Source: a virus. Taken from it: 64,000 nucleotides of DNA. The position numbers and the translations under genes were made by a program. Within the stretch, counting starts at the first letter, position 1; each line of letters opens with the position of its first letter. The DNA is taken from IMG/VR virus record IMGVR_UViG_3300009085_000027, positions 1-64,000 of that record, one strand, 5' to 3'. Under the pieces are notes generated by a model. That model was given only the letters and a program-made list of their open reading frames with translations, was not told where the DNA came from and did not search any database. Positions 27,581 to 37,779 of the stretch are shown piece by piece.

Positions 27581-27963
27581 TGCCTGCGTACCTAGAGCGT
27601 CGTACTTTTGTGACGGTCCGGGACAGGGATGGCGAGGAAATCAAATACATCGGAGACGTAATGGCATCGCATACGAAGACGGAAGTCAAAACAGGCGATC
27701 TCTACGCCGAGGTCTACGGGAACGGGGCCGCCCGAGTATCCGTGGGTCTCGGAGAGAAGATCGGTGGGCCTTATGGCTACAGCAGTGTAGACGTCAGAGT
27801 CAATGTGACACTGACATGCAACCAGGATGAGGAGACCCTGACTCGAGCAGCGCATCTGGCGTTTCGGGAGTGCGTCAGCGTCACCGATGACATCATCGAC
27901 AAGTCTATGACCATGTTGAAGCACCACTTAGAGCGCAACTACGAGGACGGCCGTGCCAGGTGA
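27577..27963 (+). CDS. hypothetical protein
   Basis: Coupled ORF, SD GAGG. Confidence 0.65.
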   Translation: MMPAYLERRTFVTVRDRDGEEIKYIGDVMASHTKTEVKTGDLYAEVYGNGAARVSVGLGEKIGGPYGYSSVDVRVNVTLTCNQDEETLTRAAHLAFRECVSVTDDIIDKSMTMLKHHLERNYEDGRAR

Positions 27964-28297
27964 GAACACTGGCTTCCGTGGCAGTGTCGTCAATGTTTCA
28001 GAGGTGATCGTCCAAGGCGACTCCGTGAACGGGGCCCGGGTGATTTTCCGGGTTCTGTTCACGGACACCGAGGGTGTGGTTCATGCCACCACCAAGCACG
28101 AGATCGATCCGATGGCTCATGGCTCTGACCTACAAGAGGCTGTGTCCGCACTGGTGAAGGCGGTCACGCGATGGGCAGAGACAGCGCATTTCTCCGCACC
28201 CATACTAGAATCCACAAAGAAAGAGATGATCCTTGGACTCGCAGAAAGTCTCGAAGATGCGACTGGCCCCGCTGGAGGTTCTATCCCGCAAGGTTGA
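27953..28297 (+). CDS. hypothetical protein
   Basis: GTG start with GAGGA SD. Confidence 0.6.
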   Translation: MPGENTGFRGSVVNVSEVIVQGDSVNGARVIFRVLFTDTEGVVHATTKHEIDPMAHGSDLQEAVSALVKAVTRWAETAHFSAPILESTKKEMILGLAESLEDATGPAGGSIPQG

Positions 28298-29306
28298 GGA
28301 CTTTGCCGCTCTGTGTAAGCCCGACTTCATCTACGAAGATGGCTGTGCACAGGGAATGGTCTTTGCTGAAGTAGATCTCAGCAGCGTCGCTGGAGACAAC
28401 GAACCAAAGACCGTAGGACTGGTGATCGAGAACCCAGACCCAACACCCCATGTGTTCACCCGGTGGAGTCGAACCCAGGTGCTCTCACACATGGGTGTGA
28501 GGGAGAAGTGGTTCCGCATCACCAGCGGACTCGACGAGGTGCAGGAACTGAACCGCCGGCTACCCACGATGCAGAACCACATGGTCAGGACGATGGAGTC
28601 TTTCGATGACCCCGGACTCCGACTGATCCGTGGTTTCGTCTCCCGGAGATACGCCGACATCCCTGACACCGAAATCATGCGAGCTCTGACAGGGCTCATG
28701 CCGGAGGGCAGCTACCTGAAGCAGTACTCCGGAAAAACAGATCGGGCCCTCTACGTCTACGCCCTCACCCCAGGAGAACCTGTCGAGATCCCAGGCACTC
28801 AACTCAAGGGCCGTCCCGGGGTGGTAATCAAGAACAGTGAGGTCGGGTTCACATCACTCTGGGTGATACCGATCTTGTTCATCTCCGATGACCGAGATCC
28901 CCATGGCTGGATCCCATTGGTCCTGGAGAAACAAGTGGCCTTGCGCCGCGTTCATCGCGGAAGTGTCGATGACCTAGCCTCCGACTTCAAAGGGGCCCTG
29001 GGCAAGGCTGCAGGTGTCTGGGGGTCTCTGGAGGACAAGCTCCAGGGCCTAGCCAACATCCACTACCCTGACATCGACACCGCAGTTCTCAAAATGACCG
29101 AGGCATTGGATAAGTCAGGGGCAACCCGGGCTTTCGCCTTTCGCTGTGAGCAACACTACAGAGCCAACCCGGCCTCTATCCCAGATGGGGTGGGGGTCTT
29201 CAACTCTGTGCTTCACGTCGTAGGCGAGGAAACCAACCAGGACGACGCATACGTCAAGGCCGCAGTGGCCGGGGCTATGCTGTTCAGACTCCTGGGCCTG
29301 CGCTGA
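28233..29306 (+). CDS. DUF932-like protein
   Basis: IRGFVSRRYADI, GVVIKNSEVGFTSL; start uncertain (28233 or 28257). Confidence 0.6.
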   Translation: MDSQKVSKMRLAPLEVLSRKVEDFAALCKPDFIYEDGCAQGMVFAEVDLSSVAGDNEPKTVGLVIENPDPTPHVFTRWSRTQVLSHMGVREKWFRITSGLDEVQELNRRLPTMQNHMVRTMESFDDPGLRLIRGFVSRRYADIPDTEIMRALTGLMPEGSYLKQYSGKTDRALYVYALTPGEPVEIPGTQLKGRPGVVIKNSEVGFTSLWVIPILFISDDRDPHGWIPLVLEKQVALRRVHRGSVDDLASDFKGALGKAAGVWGSLEDKLQGLANIHYPDIDTAVLKMTEALDKSGATRAFAFRCEQHYRANPASIPDGVGVFNSVLHVVGEETNQDDAYVKAAVAGAMLFRLLGLR

Positions 29307-29418
29307 CCCCACTCCAGGTGGGGAATGGCAACCATCACCACACCATGTGGTGGGTGACGGTTGTCTCCATTGCACCCCACCACGGGTCCCCGTAAAACCG
29401 TCGACCCAGCGGAGAGAC

Positions 29419-30927
29419 ATGCACCATATCGAAATCCGACTGCTGACCACCATGCTGCATCGCGGTGACTTCGCACCACTCATACAGGGTGACATAGCCG
29501 CCGAACACTTCGAGTCCGATCTTGGTAAGATCCTCTTTGGATTCATATCAGGATACAGTCAGCAAACCGACAAGGTCGCTAGGTACCCATCTCTGGCGGT
29601 GGTTCGTAGTCGCTTCGATCATATCGAGCTTCCAGAACCAGACCCAGGTGACACTGTTGAGTCCTTGTTGCACGAGACGCTCCTCACCCGCACCAAGTCG
29701 GAGCTACGCAAGATAGCTACGGACCTGCAGTCCGTGGCACTGAGCTCGGACAACCCCAGGGACTCACTACCTGAGATCTTGGGCGCTCTGAAACGAATCT
29801 CGGACAAGGGACAGAGAAGCCGCCATCTGTCCCTGGCCGAAGCCTACCCCACCATCCTGGAGAACTACGCCACCGGAGAGATCCTTCCAGACGGTATTCC
29901 GTACCCCTGGGAGTCTTTGAACAAGGCCACGAAGGGAATGCACCGCAAGGAGTTCTACGTCTTCGCCGGGAGGCCTAAATCCAGGAAGACCTTCATCGCT
30001 TTGTGCATCGCGGTTCACGCGATGAAGAACAGCCACGCCAGGATCTTGGTGTTCACCCCCGAGATGCCAAGAATGCAGGTGTTGCTCCGCGTAATCGCGT
30101 TCCTCAGCGAGGTTCACTACTTCGAGCTGAAGAACGGGAAGCTGAGCGGCGCAGAGGAGATGATGCTCATCGAGCAGGCCAGGACCTACGCGATGATGTC
30201 GTCGGAGACCGAGAATGACTATCAGATCCGACTGAACCGAAGTCTCGGACTCCCCTCCGGAATCATACCCTCCATCGACGTGGTGGAGAGTACCGGACGC
30301 ACCGTGTCATGGATGGAATCGCAGATCGAGATGTATAGACCCGACATTGTCATCTGCGACTCCTTCTACCGCCAAGCACCCGAGGGCACCAGGAAAAGCG
30401 ATGCAGACTGGAAGGCCGTCACCTACATCTCAAGAGCCCTAAAAGATCTTGCGATGTCGACGAATACGTGCATCCTTGGGACCCACCAGATGAACCGTGG
30501 GGCCGAGGGTCAGATCGGCACACTCTCCAACATGGCCCTGGCGGACGCCATCGGGCAGGACGCAGACGTCATCTACCGCGTCATCACACAGAACTCCCAG
30601 GGAGCGGGTAGGTCAGCACTCGTAATCCTGGGTGGTCGTGAGGTGTCCATTGATGGGGTCTTCATCAACAACGAGCCATGCTTCGATTTCACTGAGATTG
30701 GAGCGATCACGAATAAGGCCGCTATCGTGAAGTGGCTCGAAGAGGATGACAACGCCGCTGCTGAGGAGGCCGCCAAAGAACTCCTGCACCGACGCGGTGG
30801 GCCATCCGGGGGCAAGAAGGGGGCAGCGAAGAAGAAGGATGAGACGTACAGCAAGGCCTCGGGCAACGTCAATGCAAAGAAAGCTGAGCTGGGTAATGCA
30901 CAGACCGCAATCGACAGCGCGACGTAG
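29419..30927 (+). CDS. dnaB: replicative DnaB-like helicase
   Basis: GRPKSRKT Walker A variant, FTPEM, ICDSFY, HQMNR, DAIGQDAD; SD GGAGAG before ATG 29419. Confidence 0.85.
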   Translation: MHHIEIRLLTTMLHRGDFAPLIQGDIAAEHFESDLGKILFGFISGYSQQTDKVARYPSLAVVRSRFDHIELPEPDPGDTVESLLHETLLTRTKSELRKIATDLQSVALSSDNPRDSLPEILGALKRISDKGQRSRHLSLAEAYPTILENYATGEILPDGIPYPWESLNKATKGMHRKEFYVFAGRPKSRKTFIALCIAVHAMKNSHARILVFTPEMPRMQVLLRVIAFLSEVHYFELKNGKLSGAEEMMLIEQARTYAMMSSETENDYQIRLNRSLGLPSGIIPSIDVVESTGRTVSWMESQIEMYRPDIVICDSFYRQAPEGTRKSDADWKAVTYISRALKDLAMSTNTCILGTHQMNRGAEGQIGTLSNMALADAIGQDADVIYRVITQNSQGAGRSALVILGGREVSIDGVFINNEPCFDFTEIGAITNKAAIVKWLEEDDNAAAEEAAKELLHRRGGPSGGKKGAAKKKDETYSKASGNVNAKKAELGNAQTAIDSAT

Positions 30928-30929
30928 TC

Positions 30930-32027
30930 ATGTCCAGAGACATAGCTGATACGATCTTTGAGCTTTCACCCGGTCTACGTGACGGGGCGAAGGTCGCATC
31001 GAACCACATCATGATCCGATGCCCGTTCCACAACATGGGACAGGAGCGGACACCCTCAATGTCGGTGAGCACGGAGAAGCCCGTGTTCAACTGCTTTGGC
31101 TGCGGAGAGTCCGGGCACGTATCCAGGCTCCTCCGCCATTTCGGGGCTGGCAAAGAGTCCATCGACGCCATCCTGACGTCAGCAGGTCTCAACAACCCTG
31201 GAGTGGTCAAGACCGGTGGCAGGGTCGCGGCGACGTACATCGCCAACGTCAACCCCTTCCGCGGTGAGTTCGTCCTCGACGAAGAGATCCTTGACGAGTA
31301 TCGAATGGCCCCTGGCGTGCTCCTATCCGCGGGGTTCACCAAGGACACGCTGAGGCACTTCGAGGTCGGGTTCGATCGAGCCAATCTGAGGATCACGTTC
31401 CCACTGAGGAACATCTTTGGGGAGCTCGTCGGTATCTCCGGCCGTGCAGTCCTCGACGTGGAACCGAAGTACAAGATCTATGTGACGGAGCTGATACGAC
31501 GCAGGGACATGCACGTACCAGAGACCTACACCATGGAGTCGGTGAAAAAGGCGTTGCTCTGGCACGCCCATGTAGTGCGACCTTTCTTGCTCAGCACCGA
31601 TGAGCCTCTGGTGGTTACCGAGGGGTTCAAGGCTTGTATGTGGGTCTGGCAAACATCCTATCAGGCTGTGTCCGCCCTCATCGGTGCGTACCTCACAGAT
31701 CTGCACGCAGAACTAATCGCAACATCAGTACGGCAGGTGATCCTCTTCCTCGACAACAACGGTGCCGGTATCCGTGGGACGTACCACGCCGGCAACCGAC
31801 TTACGAAGGTCGGTGTAGAGGTTCGTGTCGCGTCGTATCCCGATGACAGGGAGCAGCCCGACAACCTAAAGCCCGAAGAAGTACAACTCGCAATCGAAAA
31901 CGCTGAAAACTATCTGACCTGGAGAGAACGAAATGGGAAACGATTCATACATGAAGATGCGCTCCGGAGCGCTGGGCGGGGACATCGAAGGGCAGTTCAA
32001 GAAGCGGGCAGCAAACGTCGGTGGTAG
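30930..32027 (+). CDS. dnaG: DNA primase (CHC2 Zn finger plus TOPRIM)
   Basis: CPFH..CFGC, RITFPL..GISGR, PKY, TEG, LFLDNN. Confidence 0.85.
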   Translation: MSRDIADTIFELSPGLRDGAKVASNHIMIRCPFHNMGQERTPSMSVSTEKPVFNCFGCGESGHVSRLLRHFGAGKESIDAILTSAGLNNPGVVKTGGRVAATYIANVNPFRGEFVLDEEILDEYRMAPGVLLSAGFTKDTLRHFEVGFDRANLRITFPLRNIFGELVGISGRAVLDVEPKYKIYVTELIRRRDMHVPETYTMESVKKALLWHAHVVRPFLLSTDEPLVVTEGFKACMWVWQTSYQAVSALIGAYLTDLHAELIATSVRQVILFLDNNGAGIRGTYHAGNRLTKVGVEVRVASYPDDREQPDNLKPEEVQLAIENAENYLTWRERNGKRFIHEDALRSAGRGHRRAVQEAGSKRRW

Positions 32028-33108
32028 GGGCGGCCCACAACGGCAGATCCCGGAAGGCACCTTCGAGAGCTTCTACCCGTCTGAGACTCCGTGCTGGGTC
32101 CACATCTCTCCGACCAACTTCACGTACGATATTTACGACCGTGACAGCAAAGAGGTCGTAGAGGCCACCACGACCTGGCTCGAGACTATGGGTCACTACG
32201 TGCCGAAGAAGAAGCAGACCCTGGCCTGTTCCTCCGGGGCTCACATGGACAAGCCCTGCTATGGCTGCGCGGTGCAGCGGGCACACTACGAACGCATGGA
32301 CCGAATCCAAGAGCAGAAGGGATTCCGCCCAGAGGACAAGCCCCCAATCGGCAAGGGTTCGCGCTTCTCCTTCGCCGTCACGGTGATGGAGAAGTTCTAC
32401 ACCACCCCCGTCCTGGACAAGGACGGGAACCACCGCAAGACCCGGGCCGGTGCTCCGATCATGCGCCACACCCCGGCTCCACTCGTCAAAGAGAAGGACC
32501 GCACTGGCCCCACGGAGTTCGGTCGCCGCATGCACTGGACCATGGGCATGGAGAATCTCACCCAGCTGATTTCCGCAGCAGGACCCAAGCTGAAGCACCA
32601 CTGCATGAACTGTGCAGATGAGATGTGTGCTGCGGCTCTGACCTGCCCGAACTGTGAATCCGTGGTCAAGCTCCCCGAGGTTATCAGCGGAGAAGATCTC
32701 AGAATCGCTGTCTCCAACGAGCGGACCTGCTCAACATGTAAGGAGTCCTCGATCTTCGTCCCCAAGTACATGTGCGAGTGTGGCAAACCCAAGTCTGGTG
32801 GGAGCCTTCTAGGCTTCGACCTGCGAATCAAGAAGACCCCGGTCGGTGAGAAGTCCAGCATCATCGAGATCGTGGGTGTTCGGATGCCGACCCACCTGAA
32901 CAAAGCCAACCCCCAGGATGTCAGGGACCGGCTCACCAGCATGGTCATGGAGCCCCTCAATCTGCTGGAGATTTTCTCTCCAGCATCTCTGGCTATGCAG
33001 AAGGCTTGGATCGGAGACGACATCCTCCAGGGGATCAGTCCTGAGCCACGCAAGACCAAGGCTACCGAAACGGAGTCGTACTCCGACTCTGTCAACTACA
33101 ACGAGTAA
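31933..33108 (+). CDS. putative single-stranded DNA-binding protein with Zn ribbons
   Basis: HY..C..CYGC reminiscent of the T4 gp32 Zn site; CMNC/CPNC/CSTC/CEC; acidic C-terminus; lies between primase and polymerase. Confidence 0.55.
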   Translation: MGNDSYMKMRSGALGGDIEGQFKKRAANVGGRGGPQRQIPEGTFESFYPSETPCWVHISPTNFTYDIYDRDSKEVVEATTTWLETMGHYVPKKKQTLACSSGAHMDKPCYGCAVQRAHYERMDRIQEQKGFRPEDKPPIGKGSRFSFAVTVMEKFYTTPVLDKDGNHRKTRAGAPIMRHTPAPLVKEKDRTGPTEFGRRMHWTMGMENLTQLISAAGPKLKHHCMNCADEMCAAALTCPNCESVVKLPEVISGEDLRIAVSNERTCSTCKESSIFVPKYMCECGKPKSGGSLLGFDLRIKKTPVGEKSSIIEIVGVRMPTHLNKANPQDVRDRLTSMVMEPLNLLEIFSPASLAMQKAWIGDDILQGISPEPRKTKATETESYSDSVNYNE

Positions 33109-33111
33109 CAC

Positions 33112-35118
33112 ATGCCGCGACTCCGACTGCTTCCGCCGGTAACGGCGGTGACTCAGCCGGAAGAGGCCACCCCGGTCATCGAGTACTTGATGAACCGGGG
33201 TGGTCAGATCGCAATCGATACAGAGACCACGGGACTTCACCGCACGAAGTCCCGTGTTCTCTTTTGGTCCATGGCCACAGAGGACAAACGTTTCTTCCTC
33301 TCGGTCGATCGACTCAATCAGTTCGATTGCCTCTTCCAGCGAAAAGACATCAGATGGCTCCTGACGAACGCCAAGTTCGACAAGCACATGTTGAAGAACA
33401 TGGGCTACGACCTCAGAGGTGAGGCCTGGGACATCATCGACATGGATGCCATGGACGATGACACACGCCCCCACGGGTTGAAGGAGCAGTCCAAGTACGC
33501 CTACGGCGCCAACTGGGGTGAGTTCAAGGATCTGTTCCTGGATCCCTACATGGTCTCTGAGGTCATGGGGATGGACGCTCTCATGCTGTCCGGATTCAAG
33601 AAGCTGGGGATCGGGGACAAGCTCCTGGAGGTCTACGACCAGTGCCCGGAGATTGTGGAGGAGTACGCCAGCTGCGACGCCTTCTTCACGTACATGCGCG
33701 CTGCGGACCTGATGAAGCAGCTCGACTCACTGTACTTGCCCACGGAGTACTTCCCCGAGCTACGCACCCTCCTCGACTACTACCGCATCATTGAGATGCC
33801 GCTGACCCAGACGCTGTGGAAGATGGAGCGTGTGGGGATCAATGTTGATGTCGACTACGTCAAGAAGATCGATGGCCCCATGCGAGACGGTATCCGGGCT
33901 GCTGAGAGCCGGGTACACGACGCAGCTGGCAAGAAGTTCAACGTCCGGTCCACCGATGAACTCAGGGGAATCTTGTTCGGTGAGAAGTCTGGATTCGGGT
34001 TCAGGCCTGTGTCCTACACCACGGGCAAGGGCAAGCCCGTTGCGAGTACGGATGAGAGCACACTGAGCATCTTGATGATGCGGACCCCAAAGGACTCTCC
34101 AGCGGGTAAGTTCCTCAAGGCGCTCGTCGATCACCGACATCTTGCCCAGCTGCACAGCACATACATCAAGAAGCTGCTCGGTCGTCTGGACGAGCACGAC
34201 ACCAGTCTGAGATGCAAGTTCAACCAGTCGGTGGCCCGCACCGGCCGGTTGAGTTCATCAGACCCCAACATGCAAAACATCCCAGCCCGTAATGACCCCT
34301 ACAAGATCCGTGGGGCTTTTACGGCGCGCAACGGCAAGGAACTCATCGACTACGACTACCCCCAGATTGAGTTCCGCATCGCTGCGGTCTTGTCCGGGGA
34401 AGAAGGCATGATGGAGTCCATCCGTAAGGGATGGGACGTACACAACGCCAACACCGTTAGGATGTACAAGTCCGACTCTGACGTCACCTACGAAGCCGTA
34501 GTTGAATCCCGAAGGAAGAAGGACGCCAAAGAGTCACTGACTGAGATAGATCGCAAGCTACTGCGGTTCCGAGACGGCGCCAAGACATCTGGTCTGGGAT
34601 GTCTCTACGGTGAAGGTTCCGGAAAGATGGCTCACGACCTGGGCTGTAGCAAAGACGAGGCCCAGGAGCTGATCAACACCTTCTTCACCGCGAATAAGAT
34701 GATCCATGCGTCGATTCAATCGATGCACAGCTTCGCCCACGAGACAGAGATGACCTACACCATGCTAGGTCGTATCCGTCGCCTCCACCGCATCAACTCC
34801 AGCCTTGGAGGTTTGGTCGCGGAGGAACGTAGACAGTCCTACAACACCCTGATCCAAGGCAGCGGCGCAGAGATGCTGAAACTGGCCATGCTTCAGATCG
34901 ATAATGACCCCGACTTCCAAGCCCTTGGTGGTCGACTTCTACTCACAGTGCATGACGAGCTCGTCGCTGAAGCCCCAAAGGACACAGCAGCAGAAGTCAG
35001 TCGCATCATGAAAGCCAAGATGAGCGATCCCTACAACTGGGGGCCAATCGTAATGACGTACCCCGTACCCGTAGATCCCGAAGGGGCGCGGGGCCACCGA
35101 TGGAGCGATCTCAAGTGA
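33112..35118 (+). CDS. polA: DNA polymerase family A with 3'-5' exonuclease
   Basis: DTETTG, NAKFD, YASCD; TGRLSSSDPNMQNIP, DYPQIEFR, RDGAKTSGLGCLYG, VHDEL. Confidence 0.95.
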   Translation: MPRLRLLPPVTAVTQPEEATPVIEYLMNRGGQIAIDTETTGLHRTKSRVLFWSMATEDKRFFLSVDRLNQFDCLFQRKDIRWLLTNAKFDKHMLKNMGYDLRGEAWDIIDMDAMDDDTRPHGLKEQSKYAYGANWGEFKDLFLDPYMVSEVMGMDALMLSGFKKLGIGDKLLEVYDQCPEIVEEYASCDAFFTYMRAADLMKQLDSLYLPTEYFPELRTLLDYYRIIEMPLTQTLWKMERVGINVDVDYVKKIDGPMRDGIRAAESRVHDAAGKKFNVRSTDELRGILFGEKSGFGFRPVSYTTGKGKPVASTDESTLSILMMRTPKDSPAGKFLKALVDHRHLAQLHSTYIKKLLGRLDEHDTSLRCKFNQSVARTGRLSSSDPNMQNIPARNDPYKIRGAFTARNGKELIDYDYPQIEFRIAAVLSGEEGMMESIRKGWDVHNANTVRMYKSDSDVTYEAVVESRRKKDAKESLTEIDRKLLRFRDGAKTSGLGCLYGEGSGKMAHDLGCSKDEAQELINTFFTANKMIHASIQSMHSFAHETEMTYTMLGRIRRLHRINSSLGGLVAEERRQSYNTLIQGSGAEMLKLAMLQIDNDPDFQALGGRLLLTVHDELVAEAPKDTAAEVSRIMKAKMSDPYNWGPIVMTYPVPVDPEGARGHRWSDLK

Positions 35119-36392
35119 AGAAGAAAACCAAGGCTGTGAAGTCGAAACCGGCGAAGACGAAAGCCGTGAAGACCGTGGAATCCAAACCCACGACTAGAGA
35201 ACCCTCGGGTGGGGAGGACAGGGCTGGTGTACTCGGTAACCTGATCCGAGGGATCAATGCCAAGTACAAGGCCACTGTCATCTCCCTAGCCAAGGACACC
35301 AGCTCCTCGTACATCCTGCGTAGACCAACGGGGATCACGAGTCTGGACATCAAGCTAGGGGGTGGATTCCCGGCCAGCGCGGTGAGCGTCATTGTTGGAC
35401 CCGACGGGGCTGGCAAGGACTACATCGTGTGGAGAACTGCGGCCGAGGTCCAAAAGATCTATGGTGAGTCCTTTCGCATGGCGATCTTGCTGACAGAGTT
35501 CAAGCTCGACAAGCCCTTCATGCGAGACATCTGTGGCTTGAAAGTGGCACTGACACCGTCCGAGATCGAAGAGCTCGATGAGTCCAGGACGAGGCTCGGT
35601 GTTGACATCCTTACGGATGAGGAGCGCGAGAGTCTCACCACGGAGATTGGCGAGATCGGGATCATTGAGGGTCAGACCGCGGAGGACGGGTTCGACATCC
35701 TCATCGACATCGTGGAGAAGAATGTCTGCCAACTCGTGGTGGTCAACTCCATCGGGTTCATGCAGACCGCAGCGAAGGAAGCCACGGATAGCTTCAACGA
35801 GTTCCCGCAGCAACGGAACGAGGCAATGCTTCTCACCAAGGTCATGCCGAAGCTCAGCATGATCCTGAACCGATCCAGTCATGTCGGGGAGAGGAACGAG
35901 ACAGCCATCATCCTCATCAACCAGATGAGGGCTAAGACAGGCGGTGCCCCAGTACGTGGCCGCCCAGTGATGGAACGCGACACCTATCAACCCGGTTCAG
36001 GCGCCTGGGCCCTGAAGCATGGCAAAGCCCTCGAGCTCTGCATCCACAAGGGGAAGAAGCACACCGATGTGGAGACCAACGTCGTAATGGGCCGAGAAGT
36101 TCCATGGCAGATAACGAAGGGAAAGCTGGGTACTCATGACGGTCTCAGCGGCAGCTTCGACTTCTTCTACGACGGGGGTGTCGACATCATCGGGGACCTC
36201 TACAACACCGCGGTGTCTGCAGGGCTGTTCGTAGTGGGTGGTGCCTGGATCACATATGAGCACCCCGAGTTTGGGTTCAAGGCTCAGGGAAAGGCCGGGG
36301 CCAGGCGCCGGATGATAGAGAGCCCTGAGCTCTGCGCCCACATCCGTGACGCCTGTTTCCGGGCGGCGCAGACCGTGTACCGGCACAAGTGA
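35115..36392 (+). CDS. recA: RecA-like recombinase with atypical Walker motifs
   Basis: PTGITSLDIKLGGGFP, GPDGAGKD, VVNSIG, ILINQMR, ALKH; GTGA overlap with polA. Confidence 0.85.
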   Translation: MKKKTKAVKSKPAKTKAVKTVESKPTTREPSGGEDRAGVLGNLIRGINAKYKATVISLAKDTSSSYILRRPTGITSLDIKLGGGFPASAVSVIVGPDGAGKDYIVWRTAAEVQKIYGESFRMAILLTEFKLDKPFMRDICGLKVALTPSEIEELDESRTRLGVDILTDEERESLTTEIGEIGIIEGQTAEDGFDILIDIVEKNVCQLVVVNSIGFMQTAAKEATDSFNEFPQQRNEAMLLTKVMPKLSMILNRSSHVGERNETAIILINQMRAKTGGAPVRGRPVMERDTYQPGSGAWALKHGKALELCIHKGKKHTDVETNVVMGREVPWQITKGKLGTHDGLSGSFDFFYDGGVDIIGDLYNTAVSAGLFVVGGAWITYEHPEFGFKAQGKAGARRRMIESPELCAHIRDACFRAAQTVYRHK

Positions 36393-36949
36393 AGACCACG
36401 AAGCAGCGTAAACGCCGGTCCCGCCGTGTGGAGAAGACAATCGCCCAAGACCTGGGTGGTCGTCTGACCTTCAACAGTGGGGCCGGCGACGAGAAGGCGG
36501 ACTGCAGGGTGCCACATCGCTATAAGGGGTCGGCCCAAGGCGTTGTGGAAGCCACTGCCATCGCTATCCGGGTGGAGAGCAAGACCACGGAGAAGTCGAA
36601 GTACACCATGATGGCTAGGGACTGGGCGGACCTCTGGAGGTCAGCTTCCCTTCAAGGTGAGATCCCTGTCTTCCACATCCAACTCGATACACACCGCGAC
36701 CCCTTGGACCTTGCCTTCGTGACGTCAGCCCTCATGGCGGAGTTCACCGAGGACATAGCCCCCAGTGATGGGAGCTCAAGGGCCATAGTCATCAACCGGG
36801 AACGCGGCGAATCCCTGATCCCGAGCCAGACCGTAAAGATCCCCCACCACAGGTTTGATCTGGTCGGTGATGGAGGCCGACACTACAGTGTTTGTCTCTG
36901 TCTCTACAGTGTCCTGAGATCACACCTCCACAACCTGGGTCTACCATGA
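36389..36949 (+). CDS. PD-(D/E)xK Holliday-junction resolvase-like nuclease
   Basis: EK.IA..LGG...NSGA..KAD..VESKTT. Confidence 0.7.
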   Translation: MKTTKQRKRRSRRVEKTIAQDLGGRLTFNSGAGDEKADCRVPHRYKGSAQGVVEATAIAIRVESKTTEKSKYTMMARDWADLWRSASLQGEIPVFHIQLDTHRDPLDLAFVTSALMAEFTEDIAPSDGSSRAIVINRERGESLIPSQTVKIPHHRFDLVGDGGRHYSVCLCLYSVLRSHLHNLGLP

Positions 36950-37779
36950 AGAGTGCAACGAGCATCAAGCACATCGCCGACCTCGGGAAGGAAGACGCCG
37001 TAGACCTGGAGAGCCTCTACGTCGAGACGCTGGCGGAGGAAGTGAAGAGTGACCGACAGGGTGTGTTCCACCCCAGCGCGATTGGGATGTGTGGTAGGCG
37101 CAACGTCTACGAGTACATCCGGGCCCCCTACATCAAGACCATCGACCCCGACAGTCTTGAGGTGTTCGCCATGGGGCACGCCGTACACGACATCATCCAG
37201 ACCCGGCTGGAGAATCTCACCGCCCCGGCTCGGCACGGGATCACGTACAGCTTCAGGAAAGAGGTCGGATTCGACCCCAAGACTGACAAGCTCTTCCTCA
37301 ACTACGGGATCGGTGGAACCACCGACGGCATCCTGACCTTCTCCGGGCCAGGATGGGAGCAGCGCGGAATCCTCGAGGCCAAGTCGATCAAGGACAAGCT
37401 CTTCTCCGAACTCACCGGACCAAAAGATGACCACCTCATGCAGGCGCATCTCTACGCCTACAGGTTCGACTGCCCCTTCATCTGGGTCTGGTACTACAAC
37501 AAGAACACGTCGGAGCGTCTGATCTACGCCAGGGTATTCGATCCTGAGATCTTACACGCCGCCCTGGACCGGTACGTCGGTTGGATGGGTCACATCAAGG
37601 ACGGAACGCTGCCAGATCGGGAAGAGAGTTGGTACATGTGCCCGAGGTGTGAGTACCGAGACATCTGCAAGCCCCCGACATTGGATGCCATCAAGGGCAA
37701 GGCCGCTGGGCGAGCCAAAGCCAAGACCATGAACACACTGCGCAAGACCGGTATGAGGAGGCTCGTATGCCTAGATTGA
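36946..37779 (+). CDS. Cas4-like PD-(D/E)xK exonuclease
   Basis: PSAIGMC, GHAVH, GTTDG, LEAKS, QAHLY, CPRCEYRDIC. Confidence 0.85.
   Translation: MKSATSIKHIADLGKEDAVDLESLYVETLAEEVKSDRQGVFHPSAIGMCGRRNVYEYIRAPYIKTIDPDSLEVFAMGHAVHDIIQTRLENLTAPARHGITYSFRKEVGFDPKTDKLFLNYGIGGTTDGILTFSGPGWEQRGILEAKSIKDKLFSELTGPKDDHLMQAHLYAYRFDCPFIWVWYYNKNTSERLIYARVFDPEILHAALDRYVGWMGHIKDGTLPDREESWYMCPRCEYRDICKPPTLDAIKGKAAGRAKAKTMNTLRKTGMRRLVCLD

Noticed and set aside
36946-37779. Cas4-like gene as evidence of CRISPR-Cas
   Set aside because: No repeat-spacer array or other cas genes; stand-alone Cas4-like nucleases are common in phage recombination modules
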